Below are positions 14,128 through 27,413 of a stretch of 64,000 nt of DNA, one piece after another. The notes under the pieces were generated by a model. The model worked only from the letters and a program-made list of their open reading frames with translations. It searched no databases and was not told the origin of the DNA. How positions within the stretch are numbered: the first letter of the stretch is position 1; each line of letters starts with the position of its first letter. The position numbers were made by a program, and so were the translations under genes. Source of the stretch: the human T2T-CHM13v2.0 reference genome, Homo sapiens; assembly GCA_009914755.4 (NCBI GenBank), contig CP068257.2, positions 35,584,001-35,648,000 of the forward strand. The letters run 5' to 3'.

Positions 14128-14229
14128 AAAAAAATAAAAAATAAGTAAAAATAAAAAGTAAAAATGAGGAAATAGAATTTTAGAAATAGAATATAGAATT
14201 ATATTTTGTTTAATCTAGTATATCTAAAA

Positions 14230-14280
14230 TGTTTAAAAATAAAATCAATATAAAATTATTGTCATTATTATTATTATTAT
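14230..14280. repeat. (ATT)n microsatellite
   Basis: attgtcattattattattattatc. Confidence 0.85.
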
Positions 14281-14281
14281 C

Positions 14282-14747
<466 letters not shown>

Positions 14748-15111
14748 TAAACACCAAGTATCTTGTGAGCTTTACTGTACGTGAATTTCTCAGGAATGCT
14801 GTAACTGTGCACATTGAGGTTTGAGGTTTGATTGCCCTTTTGTTGTTTTTTTCTGAACGTTACTAAGGGTTGTTCATAATTTTGGAAGGTAGTATTATCC
14901 AATAGCCCCCGCCCCCTCCGCGTCCGCAGTGTGAGTCCCCTGCACAACATGCACTGAAGCCTCTGCATTTGTAGCTCTCACATTCATGGTGATTCTACCC
15001 GAGGCCATGCACTGAATATGTCAGTATCACGGCTTGATATCTTCCAGTTTAGCTGTGCCTGAGTGTCTATGTACTGAAATCTGTATTATTTTATAATACA
15101 TTTCTTTGTTT

Positions 15112-15313
15112 TTTGAGATGGGGTGTCACTCTGTCGCCCTGGCTGGAGTGCACTGGCGTGATCTAGGCTCACTTCAACCTCCGCCCCCTAGGCTCAAGTG
15201 ATCCTCCCACCTCAGCCTCCCGAGTAGCTGGGACCACAGGCACACGCCAGCACGCCCAGCTAATTTTTTGTATTTTTGGTACAGATGGGGTTTCGTCTTG
15301 TGCCCAGGCTGGT
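15112..15313 (-). mobile_element. Alu fragment (right arm plus part of the left), reverse orientation, flanked by a duplication of the motif acatttcttt
   Basis: TTTTGAGATGGGGTGTCACTCTGTCGCCCTGGCTGGAGTGCACTGGCGTGATCTAGGCTCACTTCAACCTCC...GGTTTCGTCTTGTGCCCAGGCTGG. The motif aatacatttcttt occurs at 15098-15110 and again at 15316-15328. Confidence 0.85.
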
Positions 15314-15345
15314 AAAATACATTTCTTTATATTTATTTATTTATT

Positions 15346-15645
<300 letters not shown>

Positions 15646-15745
15646 TTGTGATTTCCTTTGTTGCTATGCATGTAACTGATTTTTGCAGTTTCCATGGATT
15701 AAAAAACATGTATTTGCTACCAGATATAAAGGAAAATCGTGGTAA

Positions 15746-16109
<364 letters not shown>

Positions 16110-17889
16110 TGAATTCAACTTTGAACTTGTGTTTTCTTAATACATATTGGTGTCGAAAATTGTTTTAAAACAAACATGAATATTTAAGATTTTAGTTTTT
16201 TGCTCCTTTCTCTCACCTTTCTGCAGCTAAGCCTGGGTGCATCCTTTTTTGGTGTATCATGCGGCAGTACATCTGGGCTCCTGGCCCAGCCTCCCCAGGT
16301 GGCCCCATCAGAGGCTATACATCTGTAGACAGAAAAGCTGGTCTCCTTCCTTTCACTTAAGACCCAGAGGTTGTGGTCTAGTTCTTGAAGGTCTAGTCCT
16401 TGACCCAGGTGGGGGACAGTGACCTCTGAGAAAGGAAGTGACCACACCCTGCTTTATGGGGCCTTTGCTGACCAAACCCTACCTCTCATAATGCTTTTCG
16501 TTTGAGTTGCTTTGTCCCTAAGTCTTCATGCTCAGCCTCCTACCACAGCTGGACGTTTGTAAAGGGAACCAGAAACATCTTTTGGGGAAATGACAGTTGA
16601 TGCAGATGACAGTAAACCATAAACTTTTGGTATTATCCTGACCCTTAGTCCTGATCAAGCTGGCACTCCCCAGAATGCGACAATATACAGACATAGGCAC
16701 AAATTCTGTTTTCATACTTTTCTAAGTACTTAAAACCTCCACAGCATATGTCTTTTGTATGTTATACACAAGACTGTAAAGAGACTGGCTGGGGTTGGAC
16801 ATGAAAAGCCCTACAAAGTCAGAATCCTGCCGGCCTGGAGCGGGGTCTATCCAAGGGATTCCATCTTACCAGTGACATTCATAGAAAAGCACAGTAAAGC
16901 ACAGGAGATCCTTGCTGAGTTTTAATTCCTCAGTCTGCCTTTCTGCATCTTTTGAGTGATACACTCTAATAATTTGACTGCATTTTGTGTGAGTATAGCT
17001 GGATCCGCTTTGATTCTACAAATTAGGTGCCCTTCTGTTTCTTAGTAATGTCATATTCTCTGACCACTGTAGCCACTTAAGATAGTCTCAAATATGAATA
17101 ATTTTCAGTGGCCATAGTGGAGAAGATGCTGACCCAGGAGGCTTATTCTCACCTCCACCTCTTAGACTCACATGTATGATTTTTTTTTCTCCCTACCAAA
17201 GTGGCTAGTTTTGACAGCCTTTAGGTTGCAGAACTGTTTATATTCGAAAGAAGACCTTACCTTCATAGAGCATTTTCCCGGGCAGTTGTTCTGCTTTGTG
17301 TTTTTAATATCTACTCTTATTCGGAGTCCCAAAATGAGTTAGCTTGGGTAGCTCTCACAATGAAAACTGATTTCTTCGCATAAAACTTTATTCTACCTTT
17401 TTGAAAACCAGCTGGAAATGATGAATGGTGGCTTCAACAGTAATGGTTCACGAAGAACTGATCGTGTCCCCATCAATGAGGTCTTACCCATGGCAGGGCA
17501 ATGGCGGTCTACTGTAATTCTGTGTTGGTTGTAGTAAGTTGGGGGAATATCAGGCCAAGAATCAACAGAGCTACGTGGCTTAGGCAGGTCAGTTTCTCTG
17601 TGCCTCAGCCTGCTCACCTGTGAGATGGGAATAATAAACACCCCTCAGAAGGTATTGTGAGGTCATTCACTAAAGGACATTTCAGTCCTTTGAATGGGTC
17701 TGGAACATACCCTAGTATTTTTACTCTACATAGAAGAAATCAGTCCTAGAATATAATTAGATCGGACTTTCTGGTCCTTTAATCACTCGCCTCCTTCCTA
17801 AACTGGATCCAGCTGCAAATGATTGCGTTAGTCTCAGGACTTCATTTTCATTTGACTCAGCTGATCAAAACTGAGACCATTCTGAGGCA

Positions 17890-18480
17890 GGAGAATAGGG
17901 TCTGGAGGCAGTAAACCTAAGCCCAATTCACGCTGACTTCCTAGAACTAAATCAAAAGGAAAACCCCAACTTTCCACATCCAAGTAACAAAAGGACCAGA
18001 GGCTACTCCCTCTGCAACCCCCCTTTTTCCACGTGGCAGATAAACTCTAAGTACCTTTGATTGGTCCCCTCCCACAGCCAATGAGGCTGTTCACAGGTCA
18101 AGACTTCATTTGCATGGGAGTATAACTTTGTAACTTCAGCCTCTGATTGGTTGCTTTCTGCAACTAATCAGATGTTTGCATAGGGTATAGCTTTATAACT
18201 TCGCTTCAGCCTCTGGTTGGTCCTCTCCTGCAACCAATCAGACTGATTATGGTCCACTACTTCATTTACACAAGGTGTACACCAAGTAACCAATGGGAAA
18301 CCTCTACAGGGTATTTAAATCCCAGAAAATTGTGTCACCGGGCCCTTCAGCCTCATGGGCTGCTCCCACCTTGTGGGGTGTACTTTCATTTTCAACAAAT
18401 CTCTGCTTTTGTTGCTTCCTTCTTTCCTTGCTTTGTGTGTTTTGTCCAATTCTTTGTTCAAGAACGCCAGGGTGACGTAA
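17890..18480 (+). mobile_element. LTR12-like (HERV9-type) solo LTR with tandem CCAAT-box repeats, a TATA-like box and a U5-like end
   Basis: Repeated units carry CCAAT/ATTGG: ...ctttgattggtcccctcccacagccaatgaggctgttcacaggtcaagacttcatttgcatgggagtataactttgtaacttcagcctctgattggttgctttctgcaactaatcagatgtttgcatagggtatagctttataacttcgcttcagcctctggttggtcctctcctgcaaccaatcagactgatt... This is followed by gggtatttaaatcccag, then ...ttccttgctttgtgtgttttgtccaattctttgttcaagaacgccag. It resembles the remembered LTR12 architecture. Confidence 0.55.
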
Positions 18481-18539
18481 CAATTCAAACCATGAAGAGG
18501 TAACAGAGCCCTTCGCGCGTCTCAACACGTGGTGACGCA
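18473..18539. promoter_or_regulatory. Cluster of a full CRE (TGACGTAA), a palindromic E-box (CACGTG) and a TGACGCA half-CRE/AP-1-like site, immediately 3' of the LTR
   Basis: ggTGACGTAAcaattcaaaccatgaagaggtaacagagcccttcgcgcgtctcaacaCGTGgTGACGCAgc. Confidence 0.4.
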
Positions 18540-18889
18540 GCTAATAACCTGTGATGCATACATGGGAACAAATGCATAGAAAAACTTGTCAATGACACGG
18601 CAAAGTAAAACCCAAATGAAGCGAGGTGAAAGAATGGGCTGCAGCGCAGGCAAAACTGCACCACGTTACAGACTGCTCGCCTGGGATGGAACGGTGGGGA
18701 GGTGCGCAGACGGATGGACAAGCGCCTGGCAAAATGGATTTCTTTTCCTAGACTGCTAATGCTACTAACAGTTCCCTCCTCACAGGGTCGCTATAACGAG
18801 GTAACATACAGCACTTAGAAGACGGCCTGACCCAGAATAACACTAATGTTCACATGGCTGCGAGTCTCAGACCAAAATCAATAGCCGGT

Positions 18890-19720
18890 ATCTACTGAAA
18901 CTGCAGCAAGGCGAAACCACGGGAATGGCGCTCCGTTGAGTAGAGCAACGCACAGCACATCACATCGCATCCTCCGTAGCGGGAGGCTCTGGCCTCACCG
19001 CAGCGGCACTTCCCGGAAGAGCCCAGGATATTCGGGGACCCGCACCGGACAGGCGGCCCAGGCCCCCTGGCGCCCAGCTGGCCGCCCTGTTGCAGCTCTC
19101 ATGCCAAGACCTGCGCCTAACGGCAGGGATTCCGGCGGTCATCATTTATTCTTGGCGCTAAGCTGCCGCTTCTCTTTTTTATCACCACAGAGTAACGCAG
19201 ACCCCACCGTTTCCTTCCATTCTGAGCCAACCACTCCAGCAGCCACCGGGGCGCCAGGTTATGCTGGGGCTGCACCACCCGGCCCGAGGCTTTTGAAGCC
19301 ACGCCTGAGCGCGGAGGATGGGCAGGATTTGCCCCGTGAACTCCCGCGCACGCAGGCTCCGCGCGAGGCCCGGGCGCCCGAGCGTCGATTCCCTCCCCTA
19401 TCACCAGCTCCAGGGTGGTGCCCCCCGGCTGTGGAGCCCAGACCCCGGCCGTCCAGCAGCGTATAGACGAGCCCATGTCTGCGATGTAACTGCACCGCGC
19501 TGGGGATCCACCTCCCGCCAGGGTGAGGGCGCTGTCCTCCAGCGTATGCTAGGCAGGCGCGCCCCGCCCTCCTGGTCACGTGACCACGCCTACAGCCGAA
19601 GAGGATGGGAAAATGCGGCCCTGTTCCTGAACAGGAAGCGGAAGCAGGAAGGAACTGAGAACACCAGCATCTGCTGCCGCCCTGAATCAGCGTTAGCATG
19701 TGGAGGCAACCTCAGCCCCC
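18890..19720. promoter_or_regulatory. CpG island (~830 bp, very CpG-dense) with a palindromic E-box GGTCACGTGACC (19574-19585) and tandem ETS-like GGAA motifs (CAGGAAGCGGAAGCAGGAAGG)
   Basis: Dozens of CpG dinucleotides and roughly 65% G+C from cggtatctactgaaactgcagcaaggcgaaaccacgg through gctgccgccctgaatcagcg. A strong splice-acceptor-like site ttctcttttttatcaccacag|AG at 19190/19191 lies inside it. Confidence 0.7.
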
Positions 19721-19767
19721 AGTTTTTGAAGAAGGTGATTCAGATTCAGACACAGGAATTATGGTGA
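19318..19767 (+). CDS. DSCR9: 149-codon ORF inside the CpG island. Its length matches the hypothetical protein reported for the primate-specific transcript DSCR9. It is probably not a conserved protein-coding gene, and DSCR9 is now treated as a lncRNA.
   Basis: ORF MGRICPVNSRARRLRARPGRPSVDSLPYHQ...KKVIQIQTQELW. It is Arg/Pro/Gly-rich with GC-driven composition, and I recognise no domain. The assignment rests on position (between TTC3 and VPS26C) and on the remembered 149-aa length for DSCR9. Confidence 0.35.
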   Translation: MGRICPVNSRARRLRARPGRPSVDSLPYHQLQGGAPRLWSPDPGRPAAYRRAHVCDVTAPRWGSTSRQGEGAVLQRMLGRRAPPSWSRDHAYSRRGWENAALFLNRKRKQEGTENTSICCRPESALACGGNLSPQFLKKVIQIQTQELW

Positions 19768-20007
19768 CGGTAGAAATGGACTGGAAGGTTCGTTCCCCTT
19801 GCCCACCAAGACTCCAGAGCAGGTGGGTTCTTGATGTCTACTCTGCATGAAGCCCTGGGCTTTCCGGCCCTCCCTACTTTTCCTCCGAATTCACAGCACA
19901 GCGGAGCCAAAATGTATTCCTGCCAAAACGGGCATTTCCCAAAAGAAAATATTGTTTTAGATTCATTGTTCACAGCCTCTTTTTTTTTGTTGTTCATTTG
20001 AAGCAAT

Positions 20008-21360
<1,353 letters not shown>

Positions 21361-22401
21361 TCATCTCTTGCTCTAATTGGAGAATTTGACAACTCTGAAC
21401 CTCTGACTGTGGATAACCCCAACTCCAGCAAGCCTGGGCAAGAGTGGGACAGTTGCAGCCCAAGGTAGCCAAACATCTGAGTTTTGCCTAGTAACAGATC
21501 ATGGAGAGGTCAGACCAAGAAGTGGAAGGAAGTGGCCGGCCTAAGGCCTTTGTTTGGGCCACTCAGGGTTGAATGAAATGATAAAGGTAGCCACGTTGTC
21601 TGGATGCGCTTCAGGTAATAATTATTCTCTAAGGAAAGCAGTCATATTTATATCCATAAAATCAGTTTATTAAATTACATAGCAATATACATCCCAAACC
21701 TTTTCTCAAAATTGTCATTAGCTTTTTAAATTCGTTAAATATTTTCATCTCATTAAAAATGGTTTCTTCCTTTAAAATTTCCCAGAAAGTGTGGCCTCTG
21801 TTTTCTGCTACTCAGTTTAAACACATCATCAAGGATAGATAATTAATGTCAGGTGAGCATAAAAGGAGATTATAAACCAGAAATGTGTTTTCTGGGAACC
21901 AAGTTTCAAGTGACTCAGATAAGTTTTATTAATTTCATGGGTGAAGCCCCTGGATAAAGCAGTGCCTAAATCAGGCTTGTTTACCCTTGGCATTATGTCA
22001 CCAAACACTGTTTCAGGATACTGGAAGTACATACAGCTTGGGAGGTCTTTGGCCTGAGCCTGTTTTGGCCAAGCCCATCCAGAATGAAAAGTACAAAAGA
22101 AGGCTAGTGTGTGTGCAAAGCAGCATGGCTTATTTTGAGGTCCTATTAGTTGTGGGCCAACAAAACAGTGGCAGGATTTGAAGGAAGAAATGTATTGCAA
22201 TAGTCCATATCCTTCGAACCACAAAGGGAGACTGAGGAAATGCTGGCTTTAGGCCAAAAAACCCTGGCTCAAAACAGCTTCCTCCAGTGGCTCAGAGGCA
22301 GACCAAATTCATCAAGTCAAGGACCTTTTCCTGCTACCACCTTGCGGAGAGGGGCCTTCACCAGCCCACCCTGCACATGGGTTTCTGCTGTTCAGAACCT
22401 A

Positions 22402-22740
<339 letters not shown>

Positions 22741-22928
22741 TGGAAAACTGTCTCTCTCTATGTATGTATCTGTTCAGGGAAATGGCAGCGTGAGATTTTA
22801 TGGCAGTTCTTGAGACTTCAGAAACACTTCGGCACCAGCCAAATCCCCCCAAGAGAGCAAGGAACACTTTTCCAGTTGCTTAAAAAATTTAAAGTTATAA
22901 TGAAAAATGTTGTAAAAAGAACTACAGA

Positions 22929-23218
<290 letters not shown>

Positions 23219-23768
23219 ACAGAATAGAGTAGGGGTGGAGGGAAGTCATGCATTTCCAGTGGCTAGCACTTTGCGCTCTGCCTTGGCGAGTATCTGCAAA
23301 CTTCCTGACCATCAAGTGCGCTTGCAGCCATCCTGGATGTCAACTGGCCACAGACCCTTTGCTATGGGGAGTCCCTGGCTACATCCATTAGCAAGTCAGA
23401 GGTTTCCTTTTGTCCCCATGATGCCACTCTCCAGCAAGCTCAAACTGCTGTCACAATTGTTTTACTGTACCTAAAAAGGAACAGATAAGGCAAGAGCCAC
23501 AGTCAATGTTTTCTGTGAAATGGTCTTGGCAAATAGCATTAAGAAATCTTGTTGAATTTCAAAGAAAAGGTCTGATTAGAGGTGCCTGTTGGAAGCAGAA
23601 GCCTCAAGAAATGAGGAAGGAAAGTTAATTTGAGGGTCTGTTTCATTTCTGATACAGAATAATCACAAAAACAAGTATATGCCGCTGGCTGTAGCTCCCC
23701 TTAGGATTTGGATAACCAGCTGGATTTCCAGATGGCCACTCCCGTTCTCTATGCTTCCCTCCTCCGGG

Positions 23769-23851
23769 CTATATCCTGCAGAGCTTCAGCGGGAAGTTCT
23801 CCGTGATGAGGTGGTCAGGGTGAAGCAGCACCACGATGTTAACCTCAAATT
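23769..23851 (-). CDS. VPS26C: VPS26C (DSCR3) terminal coding exon: (E)FEVNIVVLLHPDHLITENFPLKLCRI*, with the stop codon TAG at 23769-23771
   Basis: Acceptor ctcttctcttctcag|AATTTGAGGTT on the minus strand. It joins in frame to the preceding exon (split codon G|AA = Glu). It is homologous to the VPS26A C-terminal region (RYFLNLVLVDEE-like). Confidence 0.85.
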
Positions 23852-25484
23852 CTGAGAAGAGAAGAGAGGGTGGGTTTGTGCTCACTGTTACCAAGCAGCG
23901 AAACCACACGCCGCCACCACTGCAGTCGCAGGAAGCTCTAACGGCGAAGGAGCACCCGGTGCGGGTGGGTTTCATTGCTGTCCCCTCAGCGCCACCCTGA
24001 CCTTTCAGCCAAACCAGTGGAGATGACTATGCTGATGTCTGACTACCTCTGTCAACTTTCTCTAAGTGAATTTTTGTCCTCTCATCTTGGAACATGAGTG
24101 ATCAGGCTTCACCAACTACACTTTCCCTGTCCCTTTGCTTTCCTAAAAAGGATATTCTAGAACCCTTTCAATTCATTTGTATTCCTTTGCCTTATTTTTA
24201 CATTTCCTACGGTTCTTAATGAAATAGCAGACTGTGAACCAGCGCATAGCTGTCTGGGCCCATGTCCCCAATCCCCAGGTGAGAAACAGTCTTCAGAAGC
24301 AACAATTTCATTGTTGCTCCATTGGATACTATTCATCCATCACCTTTCAGCAAACAGGATTCCTTCTCCACCGACTCTTCAGCTGATATGGGTGAGCCTT
24401 GTTGATCCTAACAAAAGGGATGTGTGTGAAGAGGAAGCACCTGACGACAAACAAGCACCATCTCCTTCCCCAGTGTGAGGAGGGGTGGGAAGGGCACCGT
24501 GTGGGCAGAGGGCACCCTGTGCTGAGCCCCACACTGTGGCAGCTCAGCTGTGGAAGGGGCCTTGGAGTCAGTGCCCACCTGTGGCTGGGGTCTGCAGGAC
24601 AACATCCCCGTGTGGGAGTGTCCACCTCCGCCCAAACATCAGCCACAAGAAGAGTCGGCCACCAGCAGTGGCCGGCCTGTCCTTCCTCACTTTATTGTCA
24701 CTACATTAGAGTCCTCTGGGCACTTCCTGCCACCACTCCCTTCAATGGGTTCTCCACCCCTCTTGTTGTGCCCCCCAGAAGGGTGGAGGGTGTGGCTGGA
24801 GTGGACAGAGAGGGATGCCCAGCAGGCAAGATAGGGAGCTGGCGGGGGCTTTCCTTTACAGCAGGAAAACAGCTGCACTGGAGCCGCCATGATACCCAGG
24901 CGCTGCTTAGAGTCCGAGTGAGTTCCAGTCTCGGGCCTGACCGTGCATTTGAGGTCACTCGCACGGAATTGGAGGGGAACACACAGAGGTGCTGCTCTTG
25001 ATGTGGATGCAGTGCTCACTCCTGACTTCCAACCTAGAGGTCCCCGAGCCTCTCTGAATCACAGTCCCCTGCTACTGAGAAGGCTCGGTCCCTTCCTACT
25101 GGGTCTCTCTGTTCTACTTCTTCGTAGTGTGGAGTGATCTCCCAATTAACATGATTCTTATTAAGATGGAGGTCCCATTACAATATTTATAGGAAGAGTT
25201 AAAAACATGGAAATGTTCATGATACAATGTTAAGGGAAAAAGGCAGAATATAAAAGGGTGTCTGTGACCTGATTCAGATCCCATGGTTAAAATATGAACA
25301 CACAGGTTCATGGAAACTCACTAGAGGCATCTAGGCCGCGGGGCTCAAGGCCTTCCTGCTGCTGAGCGCTCACTCTGGGGTTTTCACGGGTCCTGGACCT
25401 TCACACAGAGCCACTTTCTCAGTATCCACACCACCCCCCACTCCTGTGGTGCTCGTTCACGGGAGTTTTCTTCACGGAGCTCAG

Positions 25485-25600
25485 CGTCACCTGCCCATGT
25501 CTACACAGAGCTCAGCGTCACCTGCCCATGTCTACACGGAGCTCAGCGTCACCTGCCCATGTCTACACAGAGCTCAGCGTCACCTGCCCATGTCTACACT
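25485..25600. repeat. Minisatellite: 4 tandem copies of a ~30-bp unit (GGAGCTCAGCGTCACCTGCCCATGTCTACACA) in the intron ~275 bp downstream of the 25875-26027 exon
   Basis: cggagctcagcgtcacctgcccatgtctacacagagctcagcgtcacctgcccatgtctacacggagctcagcgtcacctgcccatgtctacacagagctcagcgtcacctgcccatgtctacact. Confidence 0.9.
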
Positions 25601-25726
25601 GATGTGGGTCTGTGTGTTTCCCCATGTGACAGTGGAAGTCCCACAAGCACCAGGACTGCCTGTGGGTGTGTCCCCTGTGCAGCACAGCAGCTCCTTAACA
25701 AGGTTTTGTTGAGCAGCCGAAGGGCA

Positions 25727-25842
25727 GCAGGCTCTGAGCTGTATGGCCTGTGGCAGGCCCTGGCACTGAGGGACCGAAGGGCGGCAGGTTCTGAGCTCTG
25801 TGACCCACAGCAGGCCCTGGCGCTGAGCGGCCCTTCCCATGG
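25727..25842. repeat. Tandem duplication, 2 x ~58 bp, ~85% identical, ending 33 bp from the donor of the 25875-26027 exon
   Basis: ccgaagggcagcaggctctgagctgtatggcctgtggcaggccctggcactgagggac / cgaagggcggcaggttctgagctctgtgacccacagcaggccctggcgctgagcggcc. Confidence 0.8.
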
Positions 25843-25874
25843 GCCCATGAGGGCTGGAGGCGAGTGCCACTTAC

Positions 25875-26027
25875 CCACTTTGAAGTTGGTGGTCTCCAGT
25901 GTAGGGCAGGTGAACAGCCTAGGGAAGACCATGTAGATGGGGACAGAGAGGCCCCTGCACACATCCCCGTCGGCGATCTGAATGTTCTGAATCTCCGTGG
26001 CGTCGCGGGCATAGCCTTCTGCACACC
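25875..26027 (-). CDS. VPS26C: VPS26C coding exon: (G)CAEGYARDATEIQNIQIADGDVCRGLSVPIYMVFPRLFTCPTLETTNFKV
   Basis: Acceptor ctccctcccgcag|GGTGTGCAG and donor AAAGTGG|gtaagtggc on the minus strand. It is 153 nt, and its phase is consistent with the neighbouring exons. Similar to VPS26A ...ESIPIRLFLAGYDPTPTMRDVNKKFSV. Confidence 0.9.
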
Positions 26028-26215
26028 CTGCGGGAGGGAGGCCACATCACGCGGTCAGGGCCAGCAGAGGCTGCGGGTCCACATCCGCACCGGCACCACC
26101 CACCAGTCTGCTCCAAGAATCCTCCAGGGTCCCCTCCCCTCACTTTCCTTAGACACGCGGCTACTGCTAAGGCACAGCCACGCTCTTACTTTTGCTTCCC
26201 CGACGTCCTCTCGTT

Positions 26216-26358
26216 TTTTAGAGTCAGGGTCATGGTCTGCTCTGCTGCCCAGGCTGGAGTGCAATGGTGCGATCTCAGCTCACTGCAGCCTCAAACCACC
26301 CTCCCACCTCAGCCTCCTGAGTAGCTGGGATTACAGGGGTGCGCCACTGTGCCCAGCC
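26216..26358 (-). mobile_element. Alu monomer-length fragment (right arm), reverse orientation, in the short intron between the 26443 and 26027 exons
   Basis: GAGTCAGGGTCATGGTCTGCTCTGCTGCCCAGGCTGGAGTGCAATGGTGCGATCTCAGCTCACTGCAGCCTCAAACCACCCTCCCACCTCAGCCTCCTGAGTAGCTGGGATTACAGGGGTGCGCCACTGTGCCCAGCC. Confidence 0.85.
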
Positions 26359-26442
26359 CCCCAGCATCCTCTTAACCATGGAACGTGAGGGTGGCAGTCG
26401 AGGGGGACAGGCAAGCGCCAGGCCTGGTGGCACGGCCCTCAC

Positions 26443-26593
26443 CGCACGTCTCCACGCGCACCAGCTGCAGCTCCACGCTTCTGATGGCGGCTTCCGAGCT
26501 CTCCACCACCAGCTCTCCCGTTAGTGGCTGCGTGATGACACAGTTTGTTGAGTTGAGATGTCCTCGAAGGAGAAATTTGGGAAGCAAAGCTCT
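26443..26593 (-). CDS. VPS26C: VPS26C coding exon: RALLPKFLLRGHLNSTNCVITQPLTGELVVESSEAAIRSVELQLVRVETC(G)
   Basis: Acceptor ttttgttttag|AGAGCTTTGCTTCCC and donor GACGTGCG|gtgagggcc on the minus strand, 151 nt. The ELQLVRVETCG segment parallels VPS26A MELQLIKKEITG. Confidence 0.9.
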
Positions 26594-26967
26594 CTAAAAC
26601 AAAATGAAAACAAATACATCAGAATGCAGGCAAGGGGGGAAAGTGCTCCATACTTTGGTGCAAATAAAACCTGGAAGCGAAGTTGGATAGTGGTTACACA
26701 GTCCACCGGGACCGTCTCACAAAACGGGAAGAAAGGAGCGAAGTACTGACGTCTTGGACATTAGCCGGCTGAATTATTCAACGACTCTCTACATATGGCA
26801 CCTGACTGACACTCTGTGTACAGAGAATGCCTCAGAGAACCATCCTAATTGCCTAGTCTCAGAGCTAGAAAGCTCCTTCTTACCAAGGAATAAGACATGA
26901 AAAAGTCTGAGGGAGTCGCCATGGTGTTCAAGACAACCTGACACACACACAGTTAAAAAGAAAAGTC

Positions 26968-27250
26968 CTGGCCAGGCACAGTGGCTCAGGCCCGTAATCC
27001 CAGGGCTTTGGGAGGCAAAGGCAGGAGGATCACTTGAGGCCAGGAGTTCAAGAACAGCCTGTGTAACACAGCAAGACCCCATCTCTAAAAAATGTTTTAA
27101 AAATTAGCTGGGCAGGCTGGTGCACACCTGTAGTCTCAGTTACGTGGGAGGCAGAGGCAGGAGGATTGCTTGAGGCTCCAGTGAGCAATGATTACACCAG
27201 TGCACTCCAGTCTGGGTGACAAGAATGAGATGCTGTCTCTTAAAAAAAAA
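26968..27250 (+). mobile_element. Alu
   Basis: GGCCAGGCACAGTGGCTCAGGCCCGTAATCCCAGGGCTTTGGGAGGCAAAGGCAGGAGGATCACTTGAGGCCAGGAGTTCAAGAACAGCC...CTGTCTCTT(A)n. Confidence 0.9.
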
Positions 27251-27413
27251 ACATTCAAAGATGTTCCCAATTGTACAATTTTTAAAACCCAAGACATTTA
27301 TTTTATTTCATGGAAATTTGAAGAAAACTAGTTTCTTTGACGCTTGATGAGAAGCCTACAAACCTTTACTCTGCACACCTGACGCTGGCCAGGAAGGACT
27401 GATGATGGTCTAG

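Noticed and set aside
18936-19466. 176-codon plus-strand ORF and 119-146-codon minus-strand ORFs in the CpG island
   Set aside because: CpG islands routinely yield long stop-free frames on all strands because of their GC content. Only the 149-codon frame is singled out, because its length matches the remembered DSCR9 record, and even that one is probably non-coding.
24399-25001. 200-codon plus-strand ORF and overlapping minus-strand ORFs in the intron upstream of the VPS26C terminal exon
   Set aside because: It is antisense or intronic relative to VPS26C. It has a low-complexity, GC-driven amino-acid composition, and ORFs of 75-110 codons overlap it on the opposite strand. It has no homology I recognise.
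25864-26388. 174-codon plus-strand ORF
   Set aside because: It is simply the antisense strand of the VPS26C exon at 25875-26027 read through into intron sequence and an Alu fragment, so the open frame is incidental.
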